From positions 3,507,710 through 3,571,709 of the forward strand of contig CBDHCQ010000004.1 of NCBI GenBank assembly GCA_965261255.1: DNA of 64,000 bases, given 5' to 3'. This document shows, in pieces, positions 17,903 through 28,141 of the stretch. A program made the position numbers and the translations under genes. Source of the stretch: Rhodothermales bacterium (GTDB taxonomy: Bacteria > Bacteroidota > Rhodothermia > Rhodothermales > Bin80). The stretch's first letter is position 1; every line of letters starts with the position of its first letter. The notes under the pieces are model-generated. The model was not told the DNA's origin. It searched no databases and saw nothing but the letters and a program-made list of their open reading frames with translations.

Positions 17903-18780
17903 GCGAACAAGAACGTCGCACTGCCACGATGGTAGTAGTGAACGCGCACTCGGCGGTCTGGTCGTGATGTCTACGACCGACCCAAGCTGCATTCTTTGAC
18001 CAGACACAGCTGGCAACCTTTCCGAATCCTAAATTCGACGGTACCTTAACGGAGAGGTGCCAGTAATCTCTTTTTGGAGGCCATTTCAGGGCAATATGCT
18101 AAAGTACTTCCGGCAGTCACGGTAGCAAAACAGCATTTCTTTATGCCTGCAACGGTTCACTTTCGCACTCCCGCAGCGTAGTTAGAACAGTTTGCCGTTT
18201 GGCCATTGCACCGCGTTGAACCACTTGCGGGCTGCTGTATCGCCCGGTATCTGTTCCGGCGGTGCACAAACCGTAATCCCCTTTCTGTGTGAACGCCTTG
18301 GTTTAGCCGTGCTTTTTTTGGTTATCCCGCATACAGGGCCAGATGTTAAAGATTTCAAGTACCCTATATAATCCCTTTTTAGGTTCCAGGCTCTTGCAAA
18401 TCTATCTGTATCCCCATAGTGCACATCCACTGGCGCTGTAATGTGGATCTGGACAAGCGGGAACAGCTGAGTTTCCTGTGCAACGAAACTCAAGGTGTAG
18501 ATGTAGTAGAACCAGAATGTTCACAGTAGAATCGGGGCATGATCGATGTGTGGGATGAACGAGTTTACTGGAAATGGGTGAAAGCTCTTGGCCATGACTG
18601 GCGTTGGAGTAAAAGGGCCACGGAGCCCTCATAAAATCAACGCACGGGGAGTGCGGAATGAAGTATGGGGTGTCACGGTAGGCTATTTCCGCATTTCAGC
18701 AGGATAAATGTTGTAACAATTATCTGGAATCCAGATCGTTGGGGCGAAGCTTTGAAGGCGCTTCTAGGGAATTCCAAAGC

Positions 18781-19344
18781 ATGACTACAAATAGTTTTTC
18801 TTCCATAGGACCTGGCGATTTACTGGTTGCACCACCGAACCAGATATCTCCACCATTTGATCGTACACTTGTTGTGATTTGTATGCACGATTCGGAGGGT
18901 AGCCTAGGCTTCGTGATAAATCGCAAACACCGCTTTGATTTGGGTAGCTTGATTGCGTGTGATTTTCCACATCAGGGGGTTTATTTTGGCGGTCCAGTTG
19001 AGGAAAATTCGTTGGCCTGTCTACATCAACATGGTTCCTCCGTGCAGGGGGCACTACCTTTCACGGATGAGCTGTCATTCAACTTGGATGTAGGGGCTGT
19101 ATTGGGGGCGCTTGGAGACGAGATTCTTCAGCCGTGGCAGGTTCGGTTTTTTGTGGGATACTCTGGCTGGGCACCTGGACAACTTGAAGCAGAGATCAAG
19201 GCAGGTGCGTGGTTCGTAACGCGCGGAAATGAAGAACTGGTACTCCACTCCAAACCCAACACATTATGGCGGACCGTTCTGCGAAAAATGGGTGGAGAGT
19301 ATGCTCTTGTAGCCAACTTTCCAGAGGATCCGATACTGAACTGA
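18781..19344 (+). CDS. YqgE/AlgH family protein
   Basis: GDLLVA..; FDRTLVVIC.H..EGSLGFVINR; YFGGPV; GYSGWAPGQLEAE; FPEDPILN; ATG 18781 preferred over TTG 18739. Confidence 0.9.
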   Translation: MTTNSFSSIGPGDLLVAPPNQISPPFDRTLVVICMHDSEGSLGFVINRKHRFDLGSLIACDFPHQGVYFGGPVEENSLACLHQHGSSVQGALPFTDELSFNLDVGAVLGALGDEILQPWQVRFFVGYSGWAPGQLEAEIKAGAWFVTRGNEELVLHSKPNTLWRTVLRKMGGEYALVANFPEDPILN

Positions 19345-19352
19345 TCCGGTAT

Positions 19353-19970
19353 CTACTCGCCCTTCACCAGCCGCATAAACTCTGCACGCGCTGTGCCCCG
19401 TTCCAGGAAGATGCCACTCATTGCGCTTGTGGCAGTAATCGCATTTTGTTTCTGTACCCCGCGCATGACCATGCAGAGGTGAGTGGCTTCAATTACGACA
19501 GCGGTTCCAATTGGATTAAGCACCTCATCAATGATGTCCCTGATCTGGACCGTCAGACGTTCCTGTACTTGTAGTCGCCGCGCAAAAGCATCAACGACCC
19601 GCGGGATCTTGCTTAGGCCGACAATGTGATTCTGAGCGATGTAGGCGATATGGGCTTTGCCAAAGAAAGGAAGCAAATGGTGCTCGCAAAGGCTGAATAC
19701 ATCTATGTCACGAACAAGGATCATCTCGTTGTATTCTTCCTCAAAGATTGCGGATTCCAGAATGGCTTTTGCATCAATGTTATATCCCTGTGTGAGGAAC
19801 GAGAGCGAACGTGCGACACGCTCAGGCGTCTTCAAGAGTCCCTCGCGCCCCGGATCTTCGCCAAGCAGGTGCAAAATTCCTGAGGCATGCCCGCTAAGGG
19901 CTTCAATCGGGGGTTCTGTTTCTGCAGATACTTCTGCAACGACGCGTTCAGGGAGGACTGCGCTATTCAT
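19353..19970 (-). CDS. folE: GTP cyclohydrolase I
   Basis: [11 protein letters not shown]; [10 protein letters not shown]; GLSKIPR; QVQERLT; HLCMVMRG; likely start ATG 19970 overlapping the queD stop. Confidence 0.95.
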   Translation of the reverse strand: MNSAVLPERVVAEVSAETEPPIEALSGHASGILHLLGEDPGREGLLKTPERVARSLSFLTQGYNIDAKAILESAIFEEEYNEMILVRDIDVFSLCEHHLLPFFGKAHIAYIAQNHIVGLSKIPRVVDAFARRLQVQERLTVQIRDIIDEVLNPIGTAVVIEATHLCMVMRGVQKQNAITATSAMSGIFLERGTARAEFMRLVKGE

Positions 19971-20382
19971 CGGGGCCAAAGTATTCGGCGGAGTTTTTTG
20001 GAGTTTCATGGAGTCGGATACGATAAAGTCTTCCCGCGGGCAAAGCGTCTGCCAGTCGGTCCCAAATTGCAATGACAAGATTTTCGGTAGATGGCAGGAC
20101 CCCCTTCAGGAAGGGAACATCCAGGTTCAGGTTTTTGTGATCCAGATGACGAATGACGTGTTCATCTATAATGTGCTTCAGTTCTGCCAGATCAATCACG
20201 TAACCTGTATCCGGGTTTGGTTTACCAGCTACGGTAACGCTCAGTTCATAATTGTGTCCATGCCAGTTGGGATTGTTGCAGGGACCAAAGGTTGAACGAT
20301 TCCATTCGTCAGATTTCTGGGGATTATGCAACTGGTGCGCAGCGTTGAAGTGGGTCTTGCGGGTAACGTAAACCGTTGGCAT
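19963..20382 (-). CDS. queD: 6-carboxytetrahydropterin synthase / PTPS
   Basis: FNAAH; [11 protein letters not shown]; LDHKNLN; STENL; ETPKN. Confidence 0.9.
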   Translation of the reverse strand: MPTVYVTRKTHFNAAHQLHNPQKSDEWNRSTFGPCNNPNWHGHNYELSVTVAGKPNPDTGYVIDLAELKHIIDEHVIRHLDHKNLNLDVPFLKGVLPSTENLVIAIWDRLADALPAGRLYRIRLHETPKNSAEYFGPDE

Positions 20383-20484
20383 TGCGGGATGCAGTAGTAG
20401 GGTGATTTAAGTGCTGCTGCACACGGTCGGCAAGGAACGAAGCGGACTAAGTATTGTTCAGCGAAGACAACTAGTTAAGGTCCT

Positions 20485-20817
20485 ATGCCAACGTTATTTG
20501 AGCGCATAATTTCCGGGGAGATCCCCGCGGATCGCGTGTATGAGGATGAAGTATGTGTTGCGTTTCGGGATATTGCGCCCCAGGCGCCGGTTCACGTCCT
20601 GGTGGTTCCACGTAAGCCGGTACCTGCCTTGAATGGGGGGCTTGATGCGGCACTTGCGGGACACCTTTTGACGGTAGCTAGCAAAGTAGCCCAACAGGAG
20701 GGGCTTATGGACGGCTATCGGGTAGTCATCAACTGCGGGCGTGATGGCGGGCAGACAGTTGATCATCTTCACATCCATGTCCTTGGCGGCCGTTCACTTA
20801 CGTGGCCGCCGGGCTAG
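20485..20817 (+). CDS. hinT: Histidine triad nucleotide-binding protein
   Basis: AFRDIAPQAPVH; GQTVDHLHIHVLGGR...WPPG. Confidence 0.92.
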   Translation: MPTLFERIISGEIPADRVYEDEVCVAFRDIAPQAPVHVLVVPRKPVPALNGGLDAALAGHLLTVASKVAQQEGLMDGYRVVINCGRDGGQTVDHLHIHVLGGRSLTWPPG

Positions 20818-20831
20818 CACGGTATGGACCA

Positions 20832-22826
20832 ATGCGGTGGGCCCGTTGTTGTCGATGGCTTGTGATCGTGTGGGCATTGGTATTGGCACTCTCAAGCGGC
20901 GACGCTGAGGCGCAGGTTTCGTTGCAGAAGACCACCGAATTTGCCAGAGAATTAAACCAATATCGCTGGAATTCAACAATAGCATGGACTGCAAAGGTCG
21001 CTCGCTGGCAGCTCGACTTGACCAATCGGTTTTTGTCGGATGCGTACATCCAATTCGACGACCGATTGCGTTTCCGGGACGAAAATCGAATGCAGTTCAG
21101 GGCTTTTCGTCCCTTGGGGAGCCGCTACGGTACCAGTATTCGTGGTGATCTGGATTGGTTTGGTTCTGGGCGCGCATCCTCTCAGGTCCTTTTGGGGGGA
21201 ATGCGGATAAAGCCTGTTCCGACATTGACGATCGAACCGGCGGTGGGTATGGCTTCAGATCGCCGGCCAGGAGTCATACAGGCAGAAGGTGTGGCACCCT
21301 TGCGGATTGATACGGGGCCAGCAGGTTCTATTGCCATTGACTTGGCCTCGCAAGAGCTTCAAGGCTATCGTATTTCGTTTAATTCTAGTGCTGCGTGGCA
21401 GCGCATTGCGCCGCGTCGCGCCGGGGATTTGACAGTAGCAGGCGATGCAGCGCGTTCTTTTGGGGCAGCCAGGTTGGAATCAAGCGCACGCTTTGTCAGT
21501 CGTCGACGGGACGCCTATCAGGCGGTATCATTTCTGAATCGGGGGCAGGCACGGGATCCAGAATCAATTGAATCAACGACCAGCGATACGCTTGACGCGA
21601 ACCTGTTGGTCTGGATTCCGATCGCGCGCGGCCTGCGGGTAATTGCACAAACGAACATCCGCTCGAATCAAAGACGTATTCGCACGCCAAGGTCTCCTGA
21701 AGAGTCGGTCACCTTCGAGACCAACTTTGCCCGTCAGGCATTCACGGGACAGGTTGGGTTTAATTATGAGCGGAACCGCATTGACGCCCAACTGCGCGCA
21801 GAGTATGGGGTGGTGAATGAACGCCGGGTGCTCAGCAACAGAGATGAACTGCCGGTTTCGGAAGCTGTCCAAAAGACAACGCTCTTGCATCAGGCAGATT
21901 ATGACGAAGGGGTATTATCCCTCAGCGGGAATGTTCGGGCCGATGTTCTATCAACGCTTTCAGTTCTATTTACGGGGAGTTCCCGTATTGTCCGGCATGA
22001 TACTCCAATCGTTAACCTTGATGACCGGGACGAAGTTTACCACACAAGCATGATTGGACTCAGATACCGCCGCAGCCGGTATTTGTCAACTGAGGTGAGA
22101 TTGTTTGCCTCTTACCATCACACCGTTTTCCTGAATGCTGAGCGCTCGGCGGAAAACAACATCCAGCGCACACTTCGATTGCGCCCAGCGATAAACTGGA
22201 CGCCCTCGCTGGGGACACGCATAAGGTTGGCAAGTGAGGTGCGAGCCACGTATACGACGGATGACTTTGTGCTGCCTGGCCGTAGATCTGCTGATCAGTC
22301 TGCACGGGAGATGCGGTTGGAGTCAGAGATAGAGAAAAACATCCTTGCTGATACGGATCTGATGTTGTCTGCCAGTTTCGCAGACTTACGTCTTGGGCGG
22401 CTGCAATGGGAAAACTTTGCTGAAGTACCATTTGATACGCTCAGAACTTACAGTGCATGGTTGCGCGTACAGACAGGACGCCGGCTTCGTGGTGAGGTTG
22501 GCTGGCGTGCATTCCTGCGGAGTGACTACGACAGAGCAATTTCCGTGCGATATCAGTTTTTCAATGAACAGGGCGGAACAGCTCACGGGAGTATCACCAG
22601 ACCAGGTAGACGATGGATAATACAAACCGGGCCGTCCAGTGCACTATACTGGACGCGCTCCCAAAGCACTTTGCGTCTGGAGGCCTGGGCCAACTGGCAG
22701 CAGTTGCGGTACTGGCTTTACGGTCAATTGCCGCCTGCAAATGAGGATATAATTCGACGAACGGCGCGCAGCGGGACACGAAGGCTGTTTCCATTGGTCT
22801 CCTTGAGTATGACGTGGCGGCTGTAG
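20832..22826 (+). CDS. Hypothetical exported protein, probably an outer-membrane beta-barrel
   Basis: Signal peptide ending AEA-Q; many amphipathic beta-strand-like segments; C-terminal VSLSMTWRL. Confidence 0.6.
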   Translation: MRWARCCRWLVIVWALVLALSSGDAEAQVSLQKTTEFARELNQYRWNSTIAWTAKVARWQLDLTNRFLSDAYIQFDDRLRFRDENRMQFRAFRPLGSRYGTSIRGDLDWFGSGRASSQVLLGGMRIKPVPTLTIEPAVGMASDRRPGVIQAEGVAPLRIDTGPAGSIAIDLASQELQGYRISFNSSAAWQRIAPRRAGDLTVAGDAARSFGAARLESSARFVSRRRDAYQAVSFLNRGQARDPESIESTTSDTLDANLLVWIPIARGLRVIAQTNIRSNQRRIRTPRSPEESVTFETNFARQAFTGQVGFNYERNRIDAQLRAEYGVVNERRVLSNRDELPVSEAVQKTTLLHQADYDEGVLSLSGNVRADVLSTLSVLFTGSSRIVRHDTPIVNLDDRDEVYHTSMIGLRYRRSRYLSTEVRLFASYHHTVFLNAERSAENNIQRTLRLRPAINWTPSLGTRIRLASEVRATYTTDDFVLPGRRSADQSAREMRLESEIEKNILADTDLMLSASFADLRLGRLQWENFAEVPFDTLRTYSAWLRVQTGRRLRGEVGWRAFLRSDYDRAISVRYQFFNEQGGTAHGSITRPGRRWIIQTGPSSALYWTRSQSTLRLEAWANWQQLRYWLYGQLPPANEDIIRRTARSGTRRLFPLVSLSMTWRL

Positions 22827-22829
22827 CAC

Positions 22830-23489
22830 ATGAATGTTGGAACTAGATCAATGAAAAGTACTCGGATTCTTGGCGTTACCGGCGGAATTGGATGCGGTAA
22901 ATCTGTCGTGTGTGCATATCTGGCGCAACTAGGGGCTGAAATATTCGACGCAGATTTGATTGCGCGGAGTCTAATGGAATCCGACGAGGAGGTACGCCAA
23001 GAAGTAAACCGGACATTTGGGAGAGAAAGTTACCTGGAGGATGGATCTTTAAACCGGAAATGGTTGGCGAGTCAAGTATTTGCTGACGATACCCGTCTGG
23101 CCGAACTGAATGGGATCGTACATCCGAGAGTAGCCCAGGCTTTCGGTACCCTCAAAAACCGCCTTCAGGGGGGGCTGCTGGTCCATGAGGCCGCACTCAC
23201 ATATGAAGCCGGGTCGGAAAACAGTCTAGATGCAATCTGTGTAGTAACCGCGCCGAAAGAAGTGAGGATTGCGCGTGTGATGGCCCGGGATCGTGTAAAC
23301 GCAGAGAAAGTGCTTGCGAGAATGCGTGGGCAACTGACTCAGGAAGAAAAAGCACGCCGCGCTGATGTTGTGCTTGTTAACGATAGTGACATGGCGGCAG
23401 CCCGCCGCAAATCCCGAAGATTGTATGAGCTGGCGATGAGTGGTGAGGGGCTCAGTTCCGAAAACTTCCGGTTCACTCGCCAGCTGTAG
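22830..23489 (+). CDS. coaE: Dephospho-CoA kinase
   Basis: GVTGGIGCGKS P-loop; DAD; LNGIVHP; RVMARD. Confidence 0.93.
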   Translation: MNVGTRSMKSTRILGVTGGIGCGKSVVCAYLAQLGAEIFDADLIARSLMESDEEVRQEVNRTFGRESYLEDGSLNRKWLASQVFADDTRLAELNGIVHPRVAQAFGTLKNRLQGGLLVHEAALTYEAGSENSLDAICVVTAPKEVRIARVMARDRVNAEKVLARMRGQLTQEEKARRADVVLVNDSDMAAARRKSRRLYELAMSGEGLSSENFRFTRQL

Positions 23490-24522
23490 GCAGTATGAAC
23501 CCAAAAGTGGACCCACTTCCGAGAAGGCTTTCAATCATGAGTTGGCTGTCGTGCGCTCCAAGAATATGCTTCACGATAGCCAGTCCCAGTCCAGTTCCGC
23601 CAAGTTTGGAGGAACGGCTAGGCTCTACCCGAAAAAAGCGTTCAGTGAGGCGTGCGATATGTTCAGGAGCAATTCCAATTCCATCATCAACGATTGATAT
23701 TTTTACCGATCCTTCAGGTAGCGTCCGTGCAATTATCTCAACCTGCCCGCCGTCTCTGCCATAATTAATACCGTTGTCAATCAAATTGCTGAGTACTTGA
23801 CTTATCCGACTTCGATCTGCTATGACCAGGGGTAAGCCAGACGGCACTGCAGACCGTATCGCGACATTTCTGTCTGCTGCCAGCGATTCAAGTGATTCAA
23901 TGACTTCTTCGATAAGTTCGTTCAGGTCGAATGGTTTCAGCACCATGGAGAGCTCTCCCATCTCTATTCGAGCAACTGAGGCGAGGTCTTCTGCTAGGTT
24001 ACCCAGGCGGGTTGCATTCCTGCGCACCTTTTTTACAAAAGCGCGCCGTACGCGCTCATCCTCCAATGCTCCGTCCAACAAAGTTTCTGCAAACCCTTGA
24101 ATCGCAAAGATCGGTGTTTTGAGTTCGTGCGATACGTTACCTAGGAATTCGCGTCTATAATGTTCGACACGTTCCCGTTCCTGTATTTGGTACAGGATGC
24201 GCTGATTTGCTTCAAGCGCAAGCTCGTTCAGTTTATCAAGCTCATCACGCAGTGGAGCAGGGGGATTGGTGAACGGCGTTGCATCGTCCTCACCGATTTT
24301 GGCGAGCGCTGTTTGTAATCGGGCGATACGCCGCGCTACAATCCAGCGTATAAACAGGAACGTGCCGACGCCCACGAGAATACTGATGCATAGCACCACC
24401 CACCAAGGTAGACGAAACCCGATCAGGGCGGTCAGGAACAAGGTTGTCAGAACAAGTAAGCTGACACGCCAGGAGAGTCGGAGGGCCAAATTTCCATGGT
24501 TGGAGCGGAGTACATGCCTCAT
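23473..24522 (-). CDS. Membrane sensor histidine kinase, PhoR-like
   Basis: Two TM helices; EFLGNVSHELKTP H-box; NLIDNGINY, DDGIGI, ERFFRV and GTGLGLAIVKH. Confidence 0.9.
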   Translation of the reverse strand: MRHVLRSNHGNLALRLSWRVSLLVLTTLFLTALIGFRLPWWVVLCISILVGVGTFLFIRWIVARRIARLQTALAKIGEDDATPFTNPPAPLRDELDKLNELALEANQRILYQIQERERVEHYRREFLGNVSHELKTPIFAIQGFAETLLDGALEDERVRRAFVKKVRRNATRLGNLAEDLASVARIEMGELSMVLKPFDLNELIEEVIESLESLAADRNVAIRSAVPSGLPLVIADRSRISQVLSNLIDNGINYGRDGGQVEIIARTLPEGSVKISIVDDGIGIAPEHIARLTERFFRVEPSRSSKLGGTGLGLAIVKHILGAHDSQLMIESLLGSGSTFGFILPTAGE

Positions 24523-24538
24523 ACGAGAAGATCCGGGT

Positions 24539-25276
24539 TCATTCTATTTCAAGAAAGCGGTAACCTACTCCCGAGACGGATACGATATAATCGTTGCCTT
24601 GGTACTTACCCAACTTTTTGTTGACCCTGCTCACATGCACGTCAACGGTACGCTTTCCGACTTTTGAATTCTTTCCCCAAATTTTTCGTATCAATGTTTT
24701 TCGTTTGAAAACACGTCCAGAAGTACTGGCAAGGAAGTACAGAAGTTTGAATTCTTTGCGAGCAAAACGAAGTTCGGCCCGTTCCTTTTGACCATTACGG
24801 AAGACGCGAAAGCGCTCGGGATCGATTACCAGGTCGAGTACGGTCACCGTTAAACCGTTGTCATGGATACGCTTTGTTCCGCGCAGGAGTGCTTTAATCT
24901 GAGAGACAATCACACCAATTCCAAAAGATTTGGGCAGATAGCTGTCGGCGCCGGCATCTAGGCCCCGGATGTGATCTTCTTCCTCAGAGCGTGCGGTAAG
25001 AAATAAAATGGGAATTGTTTTGAACTTCGAATTACTTCTAACACGGCGGCAAACTTCCATGCCGTCAATATTCGGCATCATAATATCAAGTACCACCAGA
25101 TCAATTGATTCAGCCTCAATGGCAGAGAGCGCTTCTGCTCCGTCTTTGGCCGCAATGACCCGCATTTCTTCCTTCTCAAGATTGTAACGCAAGAGATCAA
25201 GAATGTCGTCCTCGTCATCGACAATCAGGATCGTACACAAGTCTTGGGCGGTGGCGGTGGGAGAATTCATCGGCAT
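24539..25276 (-). CDS. OmpR/PhoB-family response regulator
   Basis: ILIVDDE; LDIMMP receiver Asp; LTAR; RTVDVHV and GVGYRF winged helix. Confidence 0.9.
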   Translation of the reverse strand: MPMNSPTATAQDLCTILIVDDEDDILDLLRYNLEKEEMRVIAAKDGAEALSAIEAESIDLVVLDIMMPNIDGMEVCRRVRSNSKFKTIPILFLTARSEEEDHIRGLDAGADSYLPKSFGIGVIVSQIKALLRGTKRIHDNGLTVTVLDLVIDPERFRVFRNGQKERAELRFARKEFKLLYFLASTSGRVFKRKTLIRKIWGKNSKVGKRTVDVHVSRVNKKLGKYQGNDYIVSVSGVGYRFLEIE

Positions 25277-25909
25277 AGTGAGTGCAAGGTTGCTAGGTGG
25301 AAAATCAGACAGTCAGGCAGGTGCTAAAAAAATTGCACGATCAGGCTTGTTTCAGTGAAAGTTTATAGAATGGCGCGTAGCCGGAGGGTGAAATTTCTTC
25401 CGGCAACTTGACACTCCCAAAGTTAAGCAGCGCTGCAATTCCGATGTTCAAAATCTGCCTCTCTTGTACCTAAGAGCGGCCATTATTCCCACAGTAGTCA
25501 AAGTATCGATATTCACGATATTGCCCATCCTCAGGATACCCAATTCTGGGTAGCGATGCAGGCAGCACAAGATGAAATTAGACATTCTTGAGTTGAGATG
25601 GGCGAAAAGAAACATTTGGAAATTATAGCCTAGTATTTGGTTGTGGCCTGAGCATTTTGTATAGGTAGAGAGTGACCTATCTGAACCACGGTCAAGCGGG
25701 ACTATACAGATAATTGCGTAAATTAGCGACGGGGCTCTAAACGTCGTTCTGCAAGCCAGATCCGGTATGTACATAACGGTAGGAGGCCTCATTCATCCAG
25801 AAGGGTCTTGTTCAATCTGGGCTGCATACTAAGCAGCAATCGTTCCTTATAGGGTCATTGTAGTGGCCAGTCACCGTAGAGGTTGGCTCGCTAATCTGAT
25901 CTCAGGTGG

Positions 25910-28132
25910 TTGATGACAGAACGTGGTTACGGGTTTGGCACGTTGCCTGTGTTTCTTGCGGGGATCAGCACGATCCTCGGTGCAATCATGTTTTTGCGGT
26001 TCGGCTATGCCGTAGCCCACACCGGCTTGTTGGGTATAGTCGGAATCATCCTCCTAGGTCACCTTGTAACCATTCCGACGGCTTTGGCCCTTGCAGAGAT
26101 TGCGACCAATCGCAAGGTGGAGGGAGGAGGAGAGTATTTCATTATCTCCCGATCGTTTGGGCCGGCAATCGGCGGGGTGATTGGGATATGCCTGTACTTA
26201 TCCCAGGCAATCTCCGTTGCTTTTTATATGATCGCCTTTGCCGAGGCATTCACCTGGTTGGAGCCAGTGCTGGCGGAACAGTTCGGCATCGTCTTTGATC
26301 CGCGTTTTATCTCAATTCCGGCCTTGATCATGCTCTTGGGTCTGGTGATACTGAGGGGAGCAGACCTCGGCGTCAAGGTATTGTACGTCGTTGCGGCGAC
26401 GCTCCTGGGATCACTTGTCATGTTCTTTTTGGGTTCACCTCTGGAGGGTTTTGATCCCGGTTCAATAAGTTTGACGGACAAGATTGAACGGCCGGATTCA
26501 TTTATTGTCGTTTTTGCAATTGTCTTTCCTGCGTTCACAGGCATGACAGCCGGCGTGGGATTGTCAGGAGATTTACGTAATCCACGTAAATCCTTGCCAC
26601 GAGGAACGCTGTGGGCGACGATTGCAGGGATGGTTGTCTATATGGCGATTGTCTACAAGCTTCACATCAGCGCTTCGCCTGAAGCCATGGCGGAGGATCA
26701 ATTGATCATGGCGCAGATAGCCGTGTGGGGTCCAGCAATCCTGATAGGGTTATGCTGTGCGACTCTGAGCAGCGCAATTGGATCGGTGCTAGTGGCTCCC
26801 AGAACGCTTCAGGCGCTGGGTGCAGACAATACTTTGCCAGGGAAGCGGGGTAATACATGGGTGTCGCACGGCGTTGGGGCTGCTAACGATCCTCGTCACG
26901 CAACAATAATCACAGGGATTCTGGCATTGATTATTGTGATCGTAGGCAATGTGAACCTTGTTGCAACGCTGATTTCGATGTTTTTCATGGTGACCTACGG
27001 GTCGCTTTGCGCGATCAGTTTTATGGAGCATTTTGCTGCACGTCCCAGTTATCGTCCCAGTTTTCGTTCGCGTTGGTACATCAGTTTACTGGGCGCAATC
27101 ATGTGCTTCCTGTTGATGTTCCAGATCAGCTTTGTGTTTGCAGTGCTTGCTGTTCTGGTGCTTGTCGCGTTGTATCAGGCATTACGAATAGCGAAGGGAG
27201 GAGAAGGAGATCTCGCCTCGCTCTTCCATAACGCGATTACCCAAGCAACGCGTTACATGCAGATTCGATTGCAGCAGCGCCGCGTAGATCAAACTCCCGA
27301 AGAATGGCGTCCCAGTGTGATCATGGTGAACGATCGCACGTTCGATCGGCGCAGCCCACTGACTATGCTGCGATGGCTTTGCCATCGATATGGTTTTGGC
27401 ACCTATGTGCATTTCATCAAGGGCAAGCTCACAGAGACCACCTTTTCTGAGAGCAATGCTGTGAGGTCTCGACTATTAGAACTAGCCAGGAGGCAGCACA
27501 GTACAGTATATATGGATACCGTCGTGAGCCCGTCAATTACATCAGCTTTGGCTCAGACGCTACAGGTTCCGGGCGTATCCGGGATGTCGAATAATTCTAT
27601 TCTGTTTGAATTCGCACAGCGAGACTCCCTGGACGTAGTTGAGAGTATTGTCGATCAATGTCAATTTGCAGCCGGCACAGATATGACATTAATGGTGCTT
27701 CGTCACTGTGAAACTCACTTTGGCGGCAAAGATTCCATCCATGTCTGGCTGACATGGAATGATAAAGCTAATGCGAACACCATGATTCTGCTCAGCTACA
27801 TTCTATTGGGGCATCCAGATTGGAAGCAGGCACAAGTGCAGGTTTTTGCTGCCCTGCCAGAGACGGAAGTAGAAGGTACCCGGCAGGAGTTTGCACAGTT
27901 GATCAAAGAGGAGAGGCTGCCGATTTCCGAGAAGAATATAAAGTATATCGCAACCGAAACTGCTGAGACATTTAGAAAACTGGTCATTGACAAGTCTTTT
28001 GATGCGAGCTTGACGGTTATTGGTTTTGATATGCATGGACTCAAAACACGCGGGGCGGAGGTGTTCACAAATCATGACCAACTTCATGATGTGTTGTTCG
28101 TGCGTGCTCCGAGGCAGATAAAAATTAATTGA
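25910..28132 (+). CDS. APC-superfamily permease, SLC12 cation-chloride-cotransporter-like, with cytoplasmic C-terminal domain
   Basis: ILGAIMFLR; IATN.KV.GGG.YFIISRSFGP.IGG; FPAFTGMTAG..SGDLRNP.KS.P.GT; YRPSF; WRP; roughly 270 aa soluble tail. Confidence 0.82.
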   Translation: MMTERGYGFGTLPVFLAGISTILGAIMFLRFGYAVAHTGLLGIVGIILLGHLVTIPTALALAEIATNRKVEGGGEYFIISRSFGPAIGGVIGICLYLSQAISVAFYMIAFAEAFTWLEPVLAEQFGIVFDPRFISIPALIMLLGLVILRGADLGVKVLYVVAATLLGSLVMFFLGSPLEGFDPGSISLTDKIERPDSFIVVFAIVFPAFTGMTAGVGLSGDLRNPRKSLPRGTLWATIAGMVVYMAIVYKLHISASPEAMAEDQLIMAQIAVWGPAILIGLCCATLSSAIGSVLVAPRTLQALGADNTLPGKRGNTWVSHGVGAANDPRHATIITGILALIIVIVGNVNLVATLISMFFMVTYGSLCAISFMEHFAARPSYRPSFRSRWYISLLGAIMCFLLMFQISFVFAVLAVLVLVALYQALRIAKGGEGDLASLFHNAITQATRYMQIRLQQRRVDQTPEEWRPSVIMVNDRTFDRRSPLTMLRWLCHRYGFGTYVHFIKGKLTETTFSESNAVRSRLLELARRQHSTVYMDTVVSPSITSALAQTLQVPGVSGMSNNSILFEFAQRDSLDVVESIVDQCQFAAGTDMTLMVLRHCETHFGGKDSIHVWLTWNDKANANTMILLSYILLGHPDWKQAQVQVFAALPETEVEGTRQEFAQLIKEERLPISEKNIKYIATETAETFRKLVIDKSFDASLTVIGFDMHGLKTRGAEVFTNHDQLHDVLFVRAPRQIKIN

Positions 28133-28141
28133 GGATACGGA

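Noticed and set aside
18182-18632. Short ORFs on both strands (103 aa and 76 aa minus; Trp-rich 31-aa plus ORF from 18539)
   Set aside because: No recognisable family; interrupted frames suggest decayed DNA
19971-20078. N-terminal extension of folE in the ORF track
   Set aside because: It overlaps queD by more than 100 bp; ATG 19970 coupled to the queD stop is more plausible
6814-25423. Shared 11-mer ACTCCCAAAGT in two intergenic regions
   Set aside because: 11-bp matches are expected by chance many times in 64 kb, and there is no flanking similarity
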